DNA of 64,000 nucleotides from an uncultured Rhabdochlamydiaceae bacterium (GTDB lineage Bacteria; Chlamydiota; Chlamydiia; Chlamydiales; Rhabdochlamydiaceae): NCBI GenBank assembly GCA_963712275.1, contig CAVQHD010000001.1, positions 1,696,001 to 1,760,000 of the forward strand, read 5' to 3'. Shown piece by piece: positions 46,098 to 61,399 of this stretch (position 1 is its first letter; each line of letters starts with the position of its first letter). The notes under the pieces were generated by a model. It saw only the letters and a program-made list of their open reading frames with translations, ran no database searches and was not told where the DNA came from. The position numbers and the translations under genes were made by a program.

Positions 46098-49000
46098 ATG
46101 AAAATTGTTTTGAAAAGGGTGCAGGTTCACAACCTTAAGTCGGTCGATTTGACGCTGGAGCCGTTTCAGTTGATTGTCTTTACAGGAGTCTCAGGGTCGG
46201 GCAAATCGTCTCTGGCTTTTGACACGATTTATACGGAGGGGCAAAGGCGGTATGTTGAATCTCTTTCGACCTATGCAAGGCGGCATCTAGGCGATTTTCC
46301 CAAGCCGGATGCCGACCGCATTGAGGGAATTTCACCGACGATTGCCATTGAGCAAAAGACCGCAGGGAGAACGCCTCGCTCAACCGTTGCAACGATGACG
46401 GGCATCTACGACTTTTTGCGGGTGCTCTTTGCAAGAGCTGCAGTGGCTCACTGCCCTGTGAGCGGAGAGGCGGTGACGCCCCAGAGTCCGGTGCAGGTGA
46501 TTGCTACTCTGAGCGCGCTCCCTGAAGGGACTCGGCTGATGATCTTAAGCCCCTTCGCCAGGGGAAAAAAGGGGGAGTTTAAAGAGGAGTTTTTAGAGCT
46601 GCAGCGCAAGGGGTTTACGCGCATTCGACTGGATGGCGCTCTTGTTGAGCTTTCAGAGAGTCTTTCGATCGATAAGCAAAAACCCCACGATCTTGATCTT
46701 GTGATCGATCGGATTGCTCTTCCCAATGAATCTCGTCTGAAAGAAGCGACGATGCAAGCGCTGGAGCTTGGAGGAGGACTCATGAGCGCTTTAAATGTCG
46801 ATACTCAAGAGGAGCTTTTTTTCTCTCAGCACGCCTATGCAAAGAAATCAGGGCTTTCTTATCCGCCCTTAGAGCCGTCCGATTTTTCTTTCAACCACCC
46901 GAGCGGAATGTGCCCGACATGTCAAGGGCTCGGAGTGTCGCGTACCTTCATTCTGGAGAAAGTGATCGACCCCAACTTGAGCATCGCAGAAGACTGCTGC
47001 CTGATTGCCCCCTCTTACAAAACTGTTCGCTTTGGAAATATCTACGACAACTTGGCAAGGCTCTATCAGTTTAAGGTAAGCACTCCGTGGAAAAAGCTTC
47101 CCCAGAAAGGGAAAGAGGCTTTTTTATACGGCATTTCTCAGAAATGGACGCGCATGTTATTTGCCCACCCGCACCGCTCCTCTCGGTGGGTTGAGTATGT
47201 TCACTGGCGGGGCGCTCTTCAAGAAGCGCTCGATCGGTACCATGCAGCGACAAGCGATGTCTACAGGCAAAAGATGGATGCTCTCATGGAGGAGAGCCTC
47301 TGCCCGGCATGTCATGGGAGCCGCTTAAGACCCTATCCTTCTGCTGCCCGGGTGAATGGAAAGACAATTACGCAAATCACCGCCCTTTCAATTGAAGAGG
47401 CGGTGCAATTTTTCAAAAAAGTCACTCGAACACCCATTTCCGAGGAGCTCATTAAAGAAATCGGTCATCGGCTTGAATTTCTCTTGGGTGTAGGCCTTGG
47501 CTACCTGACATTAGATCGTGTTGCACCTACGCTTTCTGGAGGAGAAGCTCAGCGGGTTCGCCTTGCATCGCAGATTGGATCAGGGCTTGTAAGCACCACA
47601 TATGTTCTCGATGAGCCTTCCATTGGGCTTCACCCGATTGACAACCACCGTCTTTTAACCACTCTGAAAAAATTGAGAGATCAAGGAAATACCGTGATTG
47701 TGGTTGAGCATGACGCGGAGACGATTTTTGCAGCCGACACAGTCGTCGATATTGGTCCACTGGCTGGCACAAAAGGGGGGGAAGTTCTCTACTGCGGTCC
47801 TGTGGATGGGCTTTTGAAATGCGATAGATCCCTGACGGGAGATTACCTCTCGGGAAGGCGCCACATCCCTCTTCTCAAGAAGCGACGCAAACCGTCCAAA
47901 GAAAAACTGACGATTGATGAAGCCTCTCACCACAATCTTAAAAAGATCACCGTTTCCATCCCTCTGGGGTTATTTGTCGCCGTGACAGGAGTCTCGGGCT
48001 CAGGAAAATCATCCCTGATCTCCGATATCCTCTATCCTGCTCTTGCCAATCACTTGCAAGGAGCTCAGCTTCGCGTGGGCGCCCACCGATCGATCGAAGG
48101 GCTGGCATGGGTGGATAAAGTGATTGGCATCGATCAAACCCCCATTGGTAAAACACCCCGATCAAATCCCGCAACCTATATCAAGCTCTTCGATGAGATT
48201 CGAGATCTTTTTAGCCAGCTGCCGGAGAGCGTGGCGCTAGGCTATAAACCCGGACGTTTTAGCTTTAATGTGAAAGAAGGGTCGTGTCCCCATTGCAGCG
48301 GGATGGGAATGGTCAAAGTCGATATGGACTTTTTGGAAGATGAGTGGTCTCCCTGTCTCCATTGTGAAGGGAAACGGTTTGATGATAAAACCCTCTCCAT
48401 TCGTTTTAAGGGGAAAAACATTCACGATGTCCTTGAAATGCCTGTAGCCGAAGCGGCTCAATTTTTTGATTCGATCCCCTCTATTAAGGCCAAATTAGAG
48501 ACCCTTTTAAAAGTCGGACTTGATTACCTGCGGCTGGGGCAACCCTCCCCGACTCTCTCTGGAGGAGAGGCGCAGCGGATTAAACTTGCAAAAGAGCTTG
48601 CAAGGCCAGCCACCGGCAAAACCGTCTACCTGCTAGACGAGCCCACCACAGGACTTCATTTCCACGACATTGGAAAGTTGATTGAGATTCTTCAGTCGCT
48701 AGTCGCCCGCGGCAATACGGTGATTGTGATCGAGCACAATATGGACCTTGTGAAGGCCTCCGATTGGATCATTGAACTCGGCCCTGAGGGAGGAGCAAAA
48801 GGAGGGAAACTGCTGGCAGAAGGATCTGCTGAAAAACTCTCCAAAGGATCTTCTCCAACAGGCATTGCTTTAAAACAGCTCTTTCATCCTCAAGAAGGAG
48901 GTATAAGAAACGTTTCTCCTGTGACAGCTATCGTCGTTGAAGGGGCCTGCCAAAACAACTTGAAATCGATTTCAGCCCGCATCCCTCGAGGGCAAATCAC

Positions 49001-51608
49001 CGTCTGCACGGGCCCTTCAGGCTCTGGAAAAAGCTCCTTTGCCTTTGAAACCGTCTATGCAGAAGGGCAAAGGCGGTATGTCGAGTCGATGTCTCCTTTT
49101 GCCAGGCAGTTCATCAAACAAATGGGAAAGCCTAAGCTCGATCATATCGACGGTCTCTCCCCAGCGATTGCAATTGAGCAAAAAAACCACGCTGGCAATC
49201 CTCGCAGCACTGTTGGAACGATGACAGAAGCATACGATTTTCTTCGCATTTTATATGCTTATCTTGGCACCCCCTACTCTCCTCAAACAGGCGTCCGGCT
49301 AGAAGCTGTCACCGCTCGCTTTGTTGTAGAGAAACTCATGCAGCTAGCTCCAAACACAAAGCTCCATATTTTAGCACCCCTCAAGCTCAAAAAAGGAGAG
49401 CAGTTTTTAGAGTTCTCTTCAAGACTTCAGCATCAAGGGTATCTTCGCATCCGTTTAAATGGAGCTTATAAAGAACTCGATGAAACCATTCTCTTTGAAC
49501 CGAATCGAAAAAATGATCTTTTTCTTGTTATCGACCGGTGTATTCTCTCAGCCGATTCAACTCCCCGTCTTTTAGAGGCAATCGAGCACGCCACGACATT
49601 TTCTAAAGGCGTTGTCACTATCGACACCGAAGGGAAAGATCTCTTTTTTAACCTTGCCTTTTCCGACCCGACAACGGGAACTTCCTACCCTTCCATTACG
49701 CCTCACACATTTTCTTTTAATACAGAACAAGGGATGTGCCCCGACTGCTTAGGGCTTGGGTTTCAATTTGGGGTCGACCTCAAAGGACATCGCGAACTGC
49801 TCGCTCTCTCCCCTATTGGGCTTTTGCGCAACCTTTGGAAAGAGACAGCTTCTCCCTACGCTTTACGCCTCACTGAAGAACTTTTGCTCAGCTACGATAT
49901 CGACCCCGACCTTCCCCTTAAAAAACAGCCCCCCGCCCATCTCCACCTCCTCTTCCAAGGTCCCATGAAACGGAAAAATATGGAGTGGCTGGGCTTAAGC
50001 CATGTCCTGGGGAAAGCAGCTAAACTCCGCTCTGACTACCGAGAAGCCTTTGCACCCCTTCTCACGCAAACCACCTGCCTCAGCTGCCAAGGGAGCAGGC
50101 TTCATCCTCTGGCTCGCCACGTCAAAATCGAAGATGTCACCATTGCCGATTTTTGCCATCTCTCCATTGAAGAGGCGCTCAAGTTCATAGAGCGGTGGAA
50201 TACCCCCTCTTATCTGGAGGAGCCTTATCGCCAGCTCCAGCATCGTCTCCATTTTTTAGTTGCTATCGGCCTCGGTTATCTTTCACTCGATCGAAGCGCT
50301 CCGACCCTCTCAGGGGGCGAAACGCAGCGCATCCGCCTCTCCCGCCAACTCGGAAGCGGCCTCACGGGGTGCCTCTATGTTCTCGACGAGCCCACCATCG
50401 GACTTCACCCTAAGGATAACCTCAAACTCAACACCGCCCTCCTCAAACTCAAAGAAATGGGCAATACTCTTCTTCTTGTCGAACACGACCCCCTCACTCT
50501 GCAAATTGCTGATTATATCCTTGATTTTGGACCTAAGGCAGGGAAAGAAGGAGGACAAATCACAGCCCAAGGGACCCTCAGCCAAATTCTCAACAATCCT
50601 CAGTCACTCACGGGCGCTTATCTCAGCGGCCAAAAAAAAGTGCCCCAGAGAACCCAAAGGCGCCGCCCGAAAGATTATTTTTCCCTCATTGAATGCTCTG
50701 CTCATAACTTGCAACGGTTCACCTTTAACCTCCCTGTTGGCGTACTCTCTTGCCTGACAGGAGTATCAGGAAGCGGCAAATCGACGCTCCTGCATGATGT
50801 GCTGCGTCCTACAGTGGAAAAAGATCTTGAGAAAACCCCTTGGAATCAACTGATCGCCCTCGAGCAAAACCCTTTAGGTCAAACGAGCAGATCTGACATC
50901 TCCACCTATGTCGATCTTCTGACCCCGCTCCGGTCCCTATTTGCCTCTCTTCCCCTTGCGAAAACCAAGGGGCTCGAACCGAAACATTTTAGCTTTAACC
51001 ACCGCCGCGGGATGTGCCAAACATGCCAGGGACACGGGACGCGAACCATTGAGCTACAGTTTTTGCCTCCCGTTAAAATCACCTGCGAGTCGTGCCACGG
51101 CTTCCGCCTCAATCCCCTCTCCCTCACCGTTGAATATAAGGGAAAACATCTAGGGCACATTCTTCAAATGACCACGTCAGAAGCCAGGCCATTTTTTGAT
51201 GCCTTTCCCAAAATCGTTAAAATTTTAGACACCCTCATTGCCGTTGGTCTCGACTACGTCCAGCTTGGGCAAGAGGTCGCCACCCTCTCTGGCGGAGAGC
51301 AGCAACGGATTCGGCTTTCTAGAGAACTCTCCCGCCGCTCCTCCGGGAAAACCCTCTACCTTCTTGATGAACCCACCGTCGGACTCCACGCCGATGACAT
51401 CGTCAAACTCCTGAGTATCTTCCATCTCCTCGTCGACCGCGGCAACACCGTCGTCGTGATTGAACACAACCTCGACGTCATCAAAAACGCCGACTACCTC
51501 TTCGACCTAGGTCCCGGCGCCGGAGCCGCTGGCGGAGAACTGATTGCCGAAGGAACCCCCGAAGAGCTTAAAGCCAACCCAAAATCTGTAACAGGCGGAT
51601 ATCTTTAG
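46098..51608 (+). CDS. uvrA: Excinuclease ABC subunit A, chlamydial double-length form
   Basis: Four GxSGSGKS Walker A motifs, four LSGGE signatures and Zn-finger CxxC pairs. Confidence 0.96.
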   Translation: MKIVLKRVQVHNLKSVDLTLEPFQLIVFTGVSGSGKSSLAFDTIYTEGQRRYVESLSTYARRHLGDFPKPDADRIEGISPTIAIEQKTAGRTPRSTVATMTGIYDFLRVLFARAAVAHCPVSGEAVTPQSPVQVIATLSALPEGTRLMILSPFARGKKGEFKEEFLELQRKGFTRIRLDGALVELSESLSIDKQKPHDLDLVIDRIALPNESRLKEATMQALELGGGLMSALNVDTQEELFFSQHAYAKKSGLSYPPLEPSDFSFNHPSGMCPTCQGLGVSRTFILEKVIDPNLSIAEDCCLIAPSYKTVRFGNIYDNLARLYQFKVSTPWKKLPQKGKEAFLYGISQKWTRMLFAHPHRSSRWVEYVHWRGALQEALDRYHAATSDVYRQKMDALMEESLCPACHGSRLRPYPSAARVNGKTITQITALSIEEAVQFFKKVTRTPISEELIKEIGHRLEFLLGVGLGYLTLDRVAPTLSGGEAQRVRLASQIGSGLVSTTYVLDEPSIGLHPIDNHRLLTTLKKLRDQGNTVIVVEHDAETIFAADTVVDIGPLAGTKGGEVLYCGPVDGLLKCDRSLTGDYLSGRRHIPLLKKRRKPSKEKLTIDEASHHNLKKITVSIPLGLFVAVTGVSGSGKSSLISDILYPALANHLQGAQLRVGAHRSIEGLAWVDKVIGIDQTPIGKTPRSNPATYIKLFDEIRDLFSQLPESVALGYKPGRFSFNVKEGSCPHCSGMGMVKVDMDFLEDEWSPCLHCEGKRFDDKTLSIRFKGKNIHDVLEMPVAEAAQFFDSIPSIKAKLETLLKVGLDYLRLGQPSPTLSGGEAQRIKLAKELARPATGKTVYLLDEPTTGLHFHDIGKLIEILQSLVARGNTVIVIEHNMDLVKASDWIIELGPEGGAKGGKLLAEGSAEKLSKGSSPTGIALKQLFHPQEGGIRNVSPVTAIVVEGACQNNLKSISARIPRGQITVCTGPSGSGKSSFAFETVYAEGQRRYVESMSPFARQFIKQMGKPKLDHIDGLSPAIAIEQKNHAGNPRSTVGTMTEAYDFLRILYAYLGTPYSPQTGVRLEAVTARFVVEKLMQLAPNTKLHILAPLKLKKGEQFLEFSSRLQHQGYLRIRLNGAYKELDETILFEPNRKNDLFLVIDRCILSADSTPRLLEAIEHATTFSKGVVTIDTEGKDLFFNLAFSDPTTGTSYPSITPHTFSFNTEQGMCPDCLGLGFQFGVDLKGHRELLALSPIGLLRNLWKETASPYALRLTEELLLSYDIDPDLPLKKQPPAHLHLLFQGPMKRKNMEWLGLSHVLGKAAKLRSDYREAFAPLLTQTTCLSCQGSRLHPLARHVKIEDVTIADFCHLSIEEALKFIERWNTPSYLEEPYRQLQHRLHFLVAIGLGYLSLDRSAPTLSGGETQRIRLSRQLGSGLTGCLYVLDEPTIGLHPKDNLKLNTALLKLKEMGNTLLLVEHDPLTLQIADYILDFGPKAGKEGGQITAQGTLSQILNNPQSLTGAYLSGQKKVPQRTQRRRPKDYFSLIECSAHNLQRFTFNLPVGVLSCLTGVSGSGKSTLLHDVLRPTVEKDLEKTPWNQLIALEQNPLGQTSRSDISTYVDLLTPLRSLFASLPLAKTKGLEPKHFSFNHRRGMCQTCQGHGTRTIELQFLPPVKITCESCHGFRLNPLSLTVEYKGKHLGHILQMTTSEARPFFDAFPKIVKILDTLIAVGLDYVQLGQEVATLSGGEQQRIRLSRELSRRSSGKTLYLLDEPTVGLHADDIVKLLSIFHLLVDRGNTVVVIEHNLDVIKNADYLFDLGPGAGAAGGELIAEGTPEELKANPKSVTGGYL

Positions 51609-51711
51609 GCTCTAACTTGCTTAGAAAAATCTTTTAAAGCTCTTTCTAGCACTGCAAATCAAAAAAATAGATTTACAACTTAAAAAAATGTCATTCGTGT
51701 AGAATTTAACC

Positions 51712-52614
51712 ATGGCGTCATGCATAGAAACAATCAGCCCTCGTGTCGACATCGCCTTTAAAAAGATTTTTGGTGTTGAAGAGAATAAAGACCTCTTAAT
51801 CTCGCTCATTAACTCGATTGTAGGACCCGAGGATCAAGTCACCGATGTGACCCTTTTAAACCCTTATAATCCTAAAAATTTTAGAGATGATAAGCTCTCG
51901 ATCTTAGACATCAAAGCCGAAGGCAAAGATGGGAAGCGATTCAATATCGAAATTCAAATCAGTGATGAAGCCGATTACGATAAAAGAGCCCTCTACTACT
52001 GGGCAAAACTGTATACGGAGCAGCTCAAAGCCACAGAAGATTACGCTCTATTATCCAAAGCTATCGGAATTCATATCCTCAACTTTACCTCGATTCCCCA
52101 AGTCGATAAGTATCACAACGTCTTCCATATCCGAGAACAAGCGAGCCACCTGCCCTATTTTGAAGACTTAGAACTGCATACCATCGAGCTAAAGAAGTTC
52201 TGCAGCAACCGTCAAGAAGAGCTCTCCGATCTGATCGTTAAAGTGAAAACGTCTCTCGATATGTGGGTCGCTTTTTTAACGCGGCATGATCTGCTCAAAA
52301 AAGATCACCTGCCAGCTCCTTTAAACGATCCGTCTCTGCAAAAAGCCCTCCATGTGCTGGATGTGATGAACTTTGGCCCTGAAGAGCGAGAAGCGTATGA
52401 AGACCATCTTAAATGGCTGAGAATTGAAACGAATACCCTGAAAAAAGCAGAAGAAAAAGGACGAAAACAAGGAATCCAAGAAGGAAAAGAACTTGGGATC
52501 CAAGAAGGGAAGAGAGAAAAGAGTTTAGAAGTCGCCCAAAAGATGCTTCTACAAGGATTTTCTATGAAGCAAGTCTTTCAGATCACTGGACTTTCCGAGA
52601 TAGATATTAAGTAG
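51712..52614 (+). CDS. Rpn-family PD-(D/E)XK nuclease / putative transposase
   Basis: DIAFKKIFG, LDIKA....FNIEIQ and RALYYW motifs; C-terminal G..EG repeats and ITGLS. Confidence 0.9.
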   Translation: MASCIETISPRVDIAFKKIFGVEENKDLLISLINSIVGPEDQVTDVTLLNPYNPKNFRDDKLSILDIKAEGKDGKRFNIEIQISDEADYDKRALYYWAKLYTEQLKATEDYALLSKAIGIHILNFTSIPQVDKYHNVFHIREQASHLPYFEDLELHTIELKKFCSNRQEELSDLIVKVKTSLDMWVAFLTRHDLLKKDHLPAPLNDPSLQKALHVLDVMNFGPEEREAYEDHLKWLRIETNTLKKAEEKGRKQGIQEGKELGIQEGKREKSLEVAQKMLLQGFSMKQVFQITGLSEIDIK

Positions 52615-52862
52615 CATTAGGTATGCTTTTGGAGACAGCATGATCCCATCAATACGCATGGCTTTACCTGTAGGGATAGCTCTTGAGCTATGCCCCATCA
52701 TTCTTTCAAATCTATTTCTTCATCCGCTTCTATAGTTGAAGGCTCGTTTGTTGAAGAAGGAAGAGCTTTTTGATTGAAGTAATTTAAGATAGCTTGCCGT
52801 TGGGCAGAATTTAAGTTAATCTGCGGACGAAATCTTTTGATAAATCACCCTTAATTAAGATT

Positions 52863-56501
<3,639 letters not shown>

Positions 56502-56504
<3 letters not shown>

Positions 56505-56675
56505 AAGCTGTCTTAAAACTCAGATTTCGTCGCTTTTTGGAGGATTTTTGGCCAATTTTCGCTTTATTTGGTGGGGGTAATATACGAAAGTTGATATAAC
56601 CCCCACCAAATAAAGCGAAAATTGGCTCAAAAAGCCCCAAAAATCGACAGAAACTGAGGTTTAAGACAGCTTCTA
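56502..56675. mobile_element. 174-bp palindromic MITE-like element (second family)
   Basis: TAGAAGCTGTCTTAAA / TTTAAGACAGCTTCTA ends. Long internal stem CCAATTTTCGCTTTATTTGGTGGGGGT / ACCCCCACCAAATAAAGCGAAAATTGG. Confidence 0.85.
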
Positions 56676-58361
56676 AGAAGCTTTCGGCTTGAAAAGAGAC
56701 TTAATAAAACGACTCCATCCTTCTTCGATCCGGGCGCCAATTCCTTTTAAGAAAGAGAAAAAACTAAACCGTTCCTTTGCTTTCGGCTGGACATTATTAG
56801 TAGGCTTTGTTCCTTGACCCAGCATATCATCTTTGAGCTCTTCAATTTTCATCTCATCACTTTCTTCGACTAATGTTCCTCCAATTTGCTTTGCAATTGC
56901 TAGAGGAATACCCGGATAATTCAGCAATAATGGAATCCCTGCCCCGACGATTTGTTGAAGCCCTCTTCCAATGGCATAGCCATTAAAGGGAGTGAAGAAG
57001 AGCTTATTCATATTCGTATAAAACAGGCGCACTTCCTCATCCTTTAAATCCGGTTCATTGGGTATAACGGTTCTTTGAATCCGAGTAGAAGCCATCAATA
57101 TACAACCCATGAGATGCACGCCTAGAAGCCCTTTATCAAGGTCAGCGATGTTAAATCCAATGAGCTCTTGCTCTGCCTCTTGAACCTGGGCGACAATCGA
57201 ATCGACAGCCTCTGTGATCTGCTTCAAAAAGAGGTTTTCCATTCCCAAAGCTACCGTCAATGTAAATAGATTTGTCGAAGATCTGAATACCTTATTGTAG
57301 AAAATGACGTGTTGAATGGTTTTGAGAAGAGCCTTTTGCAATTGTTCTTTCTTTGCTTTGTCTGCCGTCATATAATCAGCCATGGCTTTCTGAATAGCAG
57401 GATTTTGAATCAGCGTCATATATTGATTAAGACATCGAACAGCCACGTTTGTTGCCGTTTTGTTATCAATCTGCACTTGTAGATATTTTCCTATTATTGT
57501 TTGCAAAAAATAAGGCAAATCAAGCTGCCCTACAATATCCTTAGTCCCCACCACCGTATTTCCCCGCGCCACATTCATGACACCTATGATAAAATTACCT
57601 GGATCGTAGAAGTTTGTTTTAGGAGGCTTTCCATTATAGGCTTGAATAGCGAGCCGAGCTAAAGGTTGCGCGTGATATCCAGCGGTTCCAGAAAGCGACT
57701 CGAAAACGCCTCCAACAACTCCTGTGAAAAGAGTCAAAGATTGAGGCACAGGTATAATGTTTCGTACCATACCGACAGCTGCTCGAGCCGCTAAATATTG
57801 GGCAGTTCTCACGGGATATGAATCAAGAGAATTTTTAGAAGCAGGCACTCCTATACCGCTCATCTTTAATCCTTGCATCCCTCCAACAATTGTTCCGGCG
57901 CTTTGAACCATCCACCTGACAGCTCCTGACTCCATTCCGCTGCCGCCTGTCAAATAACTCAGTCCTACGACCAAGGCCGTCGCGGTCAAAGCAGCTCCAA
58001 CACCTGCCGACCAAGTAACGAGCGCTTTTTCCCTACCGGTTGCTTGAGGCTTTGATTTCTCTAAAGCTTGACTCGCAAACTCTTTTCCTGCGGCAAAAGC
58101 CATTGTTGCTTCAGGAAACGCCCCCCCGATTGTCATGCCAGCTGTTTCTGCAGCAACAGCCGTTACCCCCGCAATGACTTGGGTTCCAATGATGCTTCCA
58201 CTAAATTCTTTAACTTTTTCAACTACTGGAGAAATATTTTCTTGAAACTCTTTAGAAACATTTTCATGAAATACTTTATTCGTAGCTGCATCGTATAAAA
58301 AATCGCCGACATTTCGACAAAAATATTTGAACGATGACAAAGATAATACTGGATGAATCAT
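56673..58361 (-). CDS. Hypothetical protein with Gly/Ala-rich hydrophobic segments; candidate secreted or membrane effector
   Basis: 562-aa ORF preceded by a very AT-rich region. No family motif recognised. Confidence 0.7.
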   Translation of the reverse strand: MIHPVLSLSSFKYFCRNVGDFLYDAATNKVFHENVSKEFQENISPVVEKVKEFSGSIIGTQVIAGVTAVAAETAGMTIGGAFPEATMAFAAGKEFASQALEKSKPQATGREKALVTWSAGVGAALTATALVVGLSYLTGGSGMESGAVRWMVQSAGTIVGGMQGLKMSGIGVPASKNSLDSYPVRTAQYLAARAAVGMVRNIIPVPQSLTLFTGVVGGVFESLSGTAGYHAQPLARLAIQAYNGKPPKTNFYDPGNFIIGVMNVARGNTVVGTKDIVGQLDLPYFLQTIIGKYLQVQIDNKTATNVAVRCLNQYMTLIQNPAIQKAMADYMTADKAKKEQLQKALLKTIQHVIFYNKVFRSSTNLFTLTVALGMENLFLKQITEAVDSIVAQVQEAEQELIGFNIADLDKGLLGVHLMGCILMASTRIQRTVIPNEPDLKDEEVRLFYTNMNKLFFTPFNGYAIGRGLQQIVGAGIPLLLNYPGIPLAIAKQIGGTLVEESDEMKIEELKDDMLGQGTKPTNNVQPKAKERFSFFSFLKGIGARIEEGWSRFIKSLFKPKAS

Positions 58362-58529
58362 AATAATACTCTTTTTTATTTTTATTAATATTTTAATTAT
58401 ACCATAATAAATATTAAAATTGTTTATTTTTAATTAAAAATGTAATAAAATATAACTTGCTTATAATAAGCTAATTACAACAAATACTTGTAAAAATTAT
58501 TTTAATTTAAGGTCCACTAACCCAATACT

Positions 58530-58558
58530 TTGACTTTTCACACACTCCCATATAGAAT
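58530..58558 (+). promoter_or_regulatory. valS promoter
   Basis: TTGACT-17 nt-TAGAAT, 9 nt before the ATG, no SD. Confidence 0.75.
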
Positions 58559-58567
58559 GGCCTCTCT

Positions 58568-61381
58568 ATGAAAGAAATGGCTAAAGCCTTTAATCCTAAG
58601 GAAATTGAAGACGAATTGTCTCAATTTTGGGAGAAAAATCAATTTTTCAAGGCCTCGGCCTCCTCAGAAAAGCCTCCGTTTACGATCGTCATCCCCCCCC
58701 CTAATGTGACAGGTGCACTCCATATGGGGCATGCTTTGGTAGACACCTTGCAAGATATTTTAATTCGGTGGAAACGGATGTGCGGCTATGAAGCCCTCTG
58801 GGTCCCTGGGACAGATCACGCGGGTATTGCCACTCAAACTGTTGTCGAAAGGCATCTCATGAAAACACAGGGTCGAAGACGAGGCGACTTAACCCGTGAA
58901 GAATTTCTTGATGAAGTCTGGAAATGGAAAAATGCAAGTGAAAAAACCATTCTAGCTCAAATTAAAAAGGTGGGATGTTCCTGCGATTGGGACCGCCTTG
59001 CCTTCACCATGGACGAGCCCCGCTCAAAAGCAGTTCGATCTCTTTTTAAAAAGATGTTCGACGATGGGCTTATTTATCGCGGCAATCGCCTCGTAAACTG
59101 GGATCCTGTTTCTCAGACTGCTTTGGCAGATGATGAAGTGGAATATGAAGAAAAAACTTCAATACTTTATTATATTCGGTACCCAATTGAAGACTCCGAC
59201 CATTTTGTCGTTGTCGCCACGGTTCGCCCGGAGACACTTTTCGGCGATATGGCGGTGGCTGTCTCTTCTCAAGACCTTCGATATCAGCAGCTCATTGGAA
59301 AATCGATTAGACTCCCCCTCACAAATCGAAAAATCCCTCTGATTGCCGATCCCCATGTCGATCTGGCCTTTGGAACCGGAGCTGTTAAAGTCACACCTGC
59401 ACATGATGTCAATGATTACGCGATCGCAGAGCGGCATGCCCTTCCCTTGCTGAACATTATGACACCTGACGGCCGCCTCAATGAACACGGAGGAGAATTT
59501 GCCGGCCTTTTAATGGAAGAGGCTCGACATCATGTCGTCCAAAAACTGAAAACACTAGGGCTTCTTGAGAAGATGGAGCCCCGCCCTCATCGTGTCGGTG
59601 TCTCTTACCGTTCTAAAGCTGTTATCGAACCCTACTTATCAAAGCAGTGGTTTGTCAGGCTCTCTACATTTAAAGAACAATTGATCCATCTCGTCAAATC
59701 CAAACAAGTGAAACTGATTCCTGAGTCGTTTGAATCGACCTATTTCAATTGGATCCACCATTTGCGAGATTGGTGTATTTCTAGGCAGTTATGGTGGGGG
59801 CATCGGATCCCCATTTGGTATTCGAAGAAAGACCCTTCCCAAACGATTTGCTACGCAGGAGAAGGAATTCCCCCGGAGGTTGCAGCAAACCCCTCTGAAT
59901 GGGAGCAAGATCCCGATGTCCTTGACACCTGGTTCTCATCTGCTCTCTGGCCCTTCAGTGTCTTCGGATGGCCTGAAAAAACCGCCGACCTTCAAAAATT
60001 TTTCCCGATCTCTGTTCTTGTGACAGGGCATGATATTCTCTTTTTCTGGGTTGCCCGGATGATGATGATGAGCGATTATGTCTTCCAAAAACCCCCTTTT
60101 AAAGAAGTCTTTCTTCATGGGCTCATTTTCGGTAAATCGTACTGGCGGACGCAAAGTGATGGCTCCATTGCTTATCTTGGAGGCGAGGAGAAACTGAAAT
60201 ACGATCTTGGAGCGCCTCTCCCCTATGACATCCATAGTCGATGGGAGAAAATGTCTAAATCGAAAGGAAATGTTTTAGACCCTCTGGAAATCATTGAGAC
60301 CTACGGTACCGATGCGATGCGCATGGCTCTTGCCGCCTCCACAACGGGCGCTCGTCAAATCGACCTCGATAGGCGTCGTTTTGAAGAGTTTAAAAACTTT
60401 GCAAATAAAGTATGGAATGGAGCTCGATTTGTCCTCCTTAATCTGGAAGAAATCGACCTATCGACAGAGCTTGACCGAACCCTTCTTTCCCTAGAAGACC
60501 GGTGGATCCTCTCCCGCTTAAACCGCATCATCGAAGAAGTTCATTCCGCCCTTCTTGCCTATAGCTTCGATAAAGCAGCTCTTCTTGCCTATGATTTTTT
60601 CTGGAAGGAGTTTTGCGCCTACTACGTCGAACTGACAAAGCCCGTCCTTTTTGGAAAAAGAGGAGCCTCTCACGATAAAACAAATAAACAAAAGATCTTA
60701 CTCATTGTCCTATGCGCTGCCATCCGCCTTCTTCATCCAATGGCTCCCTTTATCACAGAGGCGCTATTCCAGCTTTTAAAAGAGCGGTTTGGCAACGTGC
60801 TCCTTACAGACGGGTCATATCTTCAAGAGACGCTCACGGCCCTTCAGCTGCCTGCTTGCGCTGTTAGTCCTTTCCCAAAAGTGATTCATCCTGCCGACAC
60901 CAATTGCGAAATTGAAGAAGAGTTTGCCACCATTGATGCCCTTGTCCATGCTATTCGAAATATTCGGGCTGAAATGCAAATTCCACCGGCAACCCCTTCC
61001 TCTTTGATTATCGTTGCCCCCCCCGATCTCTTGCAGTTTGCCCAGCGACATGAAGCCATTTTGCAAGCCCTTATTCGCCTTGAAAAAATTCAATATTTGG
61101 AAGCTGATCCTCCTACTTCAAGGATGGCTTCAAGTACAACCGTAGGATCTTTTAAATTGATCTTGCCACTCCCTTCCGAACTGAAAGAAAAAGAACGGGT
61201 ACGGCTCTTCAAAGAGCAAGAAAAGTTAATCGAACAAGAGCATAACTGCCGCTCCCAGCTTGCCAATGCCGACTTCGTCGCAAAAGCCCCTCCGCACCTT
61301 GTAGAAAAACTACGCACCGCCGCCACCCAAGCAGAAAAAGGCCTTTACGAGATCGCCCAAAAACTCAAGAGCTTTTCTTAG
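58568..61381 (+). CDS. valS: Valyl-tRNA synthetase
   Basis: PPPNVTGALHMGH, DWCISRQLWWGH, DVLDTWFSS and KMSKS motifs; C-terminal coiled coil. Confidence 0.98.
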   Translation: MKEMAKAFNPKEIEDELSQFWEKNQFFKASASSEKPPFTIVIPPPNVTGALHMGHALVDTLQDILIRWKRMCGYEALWVPGTDHAGIATQTVVERHLMKTQGRRRGDLTREEFLDEVWKWKNASEKTILAQIKKVGCSCDWDRLAFTMDEPRSKAVRSLFKKMFDDGLIYRGNRLVNWDPVSQTALADDEVEYEEKTSILYYIRYPIEDSDHFVVVATVRPETLFGDMAVAVSSQDLRYQQLIGKSIRLPLTNRKIPLIADPHVDLAFGTGAVKVTPAHDVNDYAIAERHALPLLNIMTPDGRLNEHGGEFAGLLMEEARHHVVQKLKTLGLLEKMEPRPHRVGVSYRSKAVIEPYLSKQWFVRLSTFKEQLIHLVKSKQVKLIPESFESTYFNWIHHLRDWCISRQLWWGHRIPIWYSKKDPSQTICYAGEGIPPEVAANPSEWEQDPDVLDTWFSSALWPFSVFGWPEKTADLQKFFPISVLVTGHDILFFWVARMMMMSDYVFQKPPFKEVFLHGLIFGKSYWRTQSDGSIAYLGGEEKLKYDLGAPLPYDIHSRWEKMSKSKGNVLDPLEIIETYGTDAMRMALAASTTGARQIDLDRRRFEEFKNFANKVWNGARFVLLNLEEIDLSTELDRTLLSLEDRWILSRLNRIIEEVHSALLAYSFDKAALLAYDFFWKEFCAYYVELTKPVLFGKRGASHDKTNKQKILLIVLCAAIRLLHPMAPFITEALFQLLKERFGNVLLTDGSYLQETLTALQLPACAVSPFPKVIHPADTNCEIEEEFATIDALVHAIRNIRAEMQIPPATPSSLIIVAPPDLLQFAQRHEAILQALIRLEKIQYLEADPPTSRMASSTTVGSFKLILPLPSELKEKERVRLFKEQEKLIEQEHNCRSQLANADFVAKAPPHLVEKLRTAATQAEKGLYEIAQKLKSFS

Positions 61382-61399
61382 AAGCTGTCTTAGAGACTG

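Noticed and set aside
45810..46138. Four short overlapping ORFs upstream of uvrA as genes
   Set aside because: They arise from the stop-free MITE and have no SD or recognisable protein features.
46098..51608. Double-length UvrA as a novel fusion
   Set aside because: This is the known normal form in Chlamydiae.
52670..52700. tRNA-like start (GGGGCATAGCTCA on the minus strand)
   Set aside because: No anticodon arm, T-arm or acceptor 3' strand. It is a short hairpin, more likely a terminator.
52700..52840. Minus-strand open stretch downstream of trpS ending EEIDLKE*
   Set aside because: No start codon or SD. Possibly a 3' gene remnant, but not supportable.
60130..60245. Extra segment before KMSKS in ValS as another palindromic insert
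   Set aside because: No inverted repeat or similarity to the MITEs. It matches my recollection of a conserved chlamydial ValS insertion.
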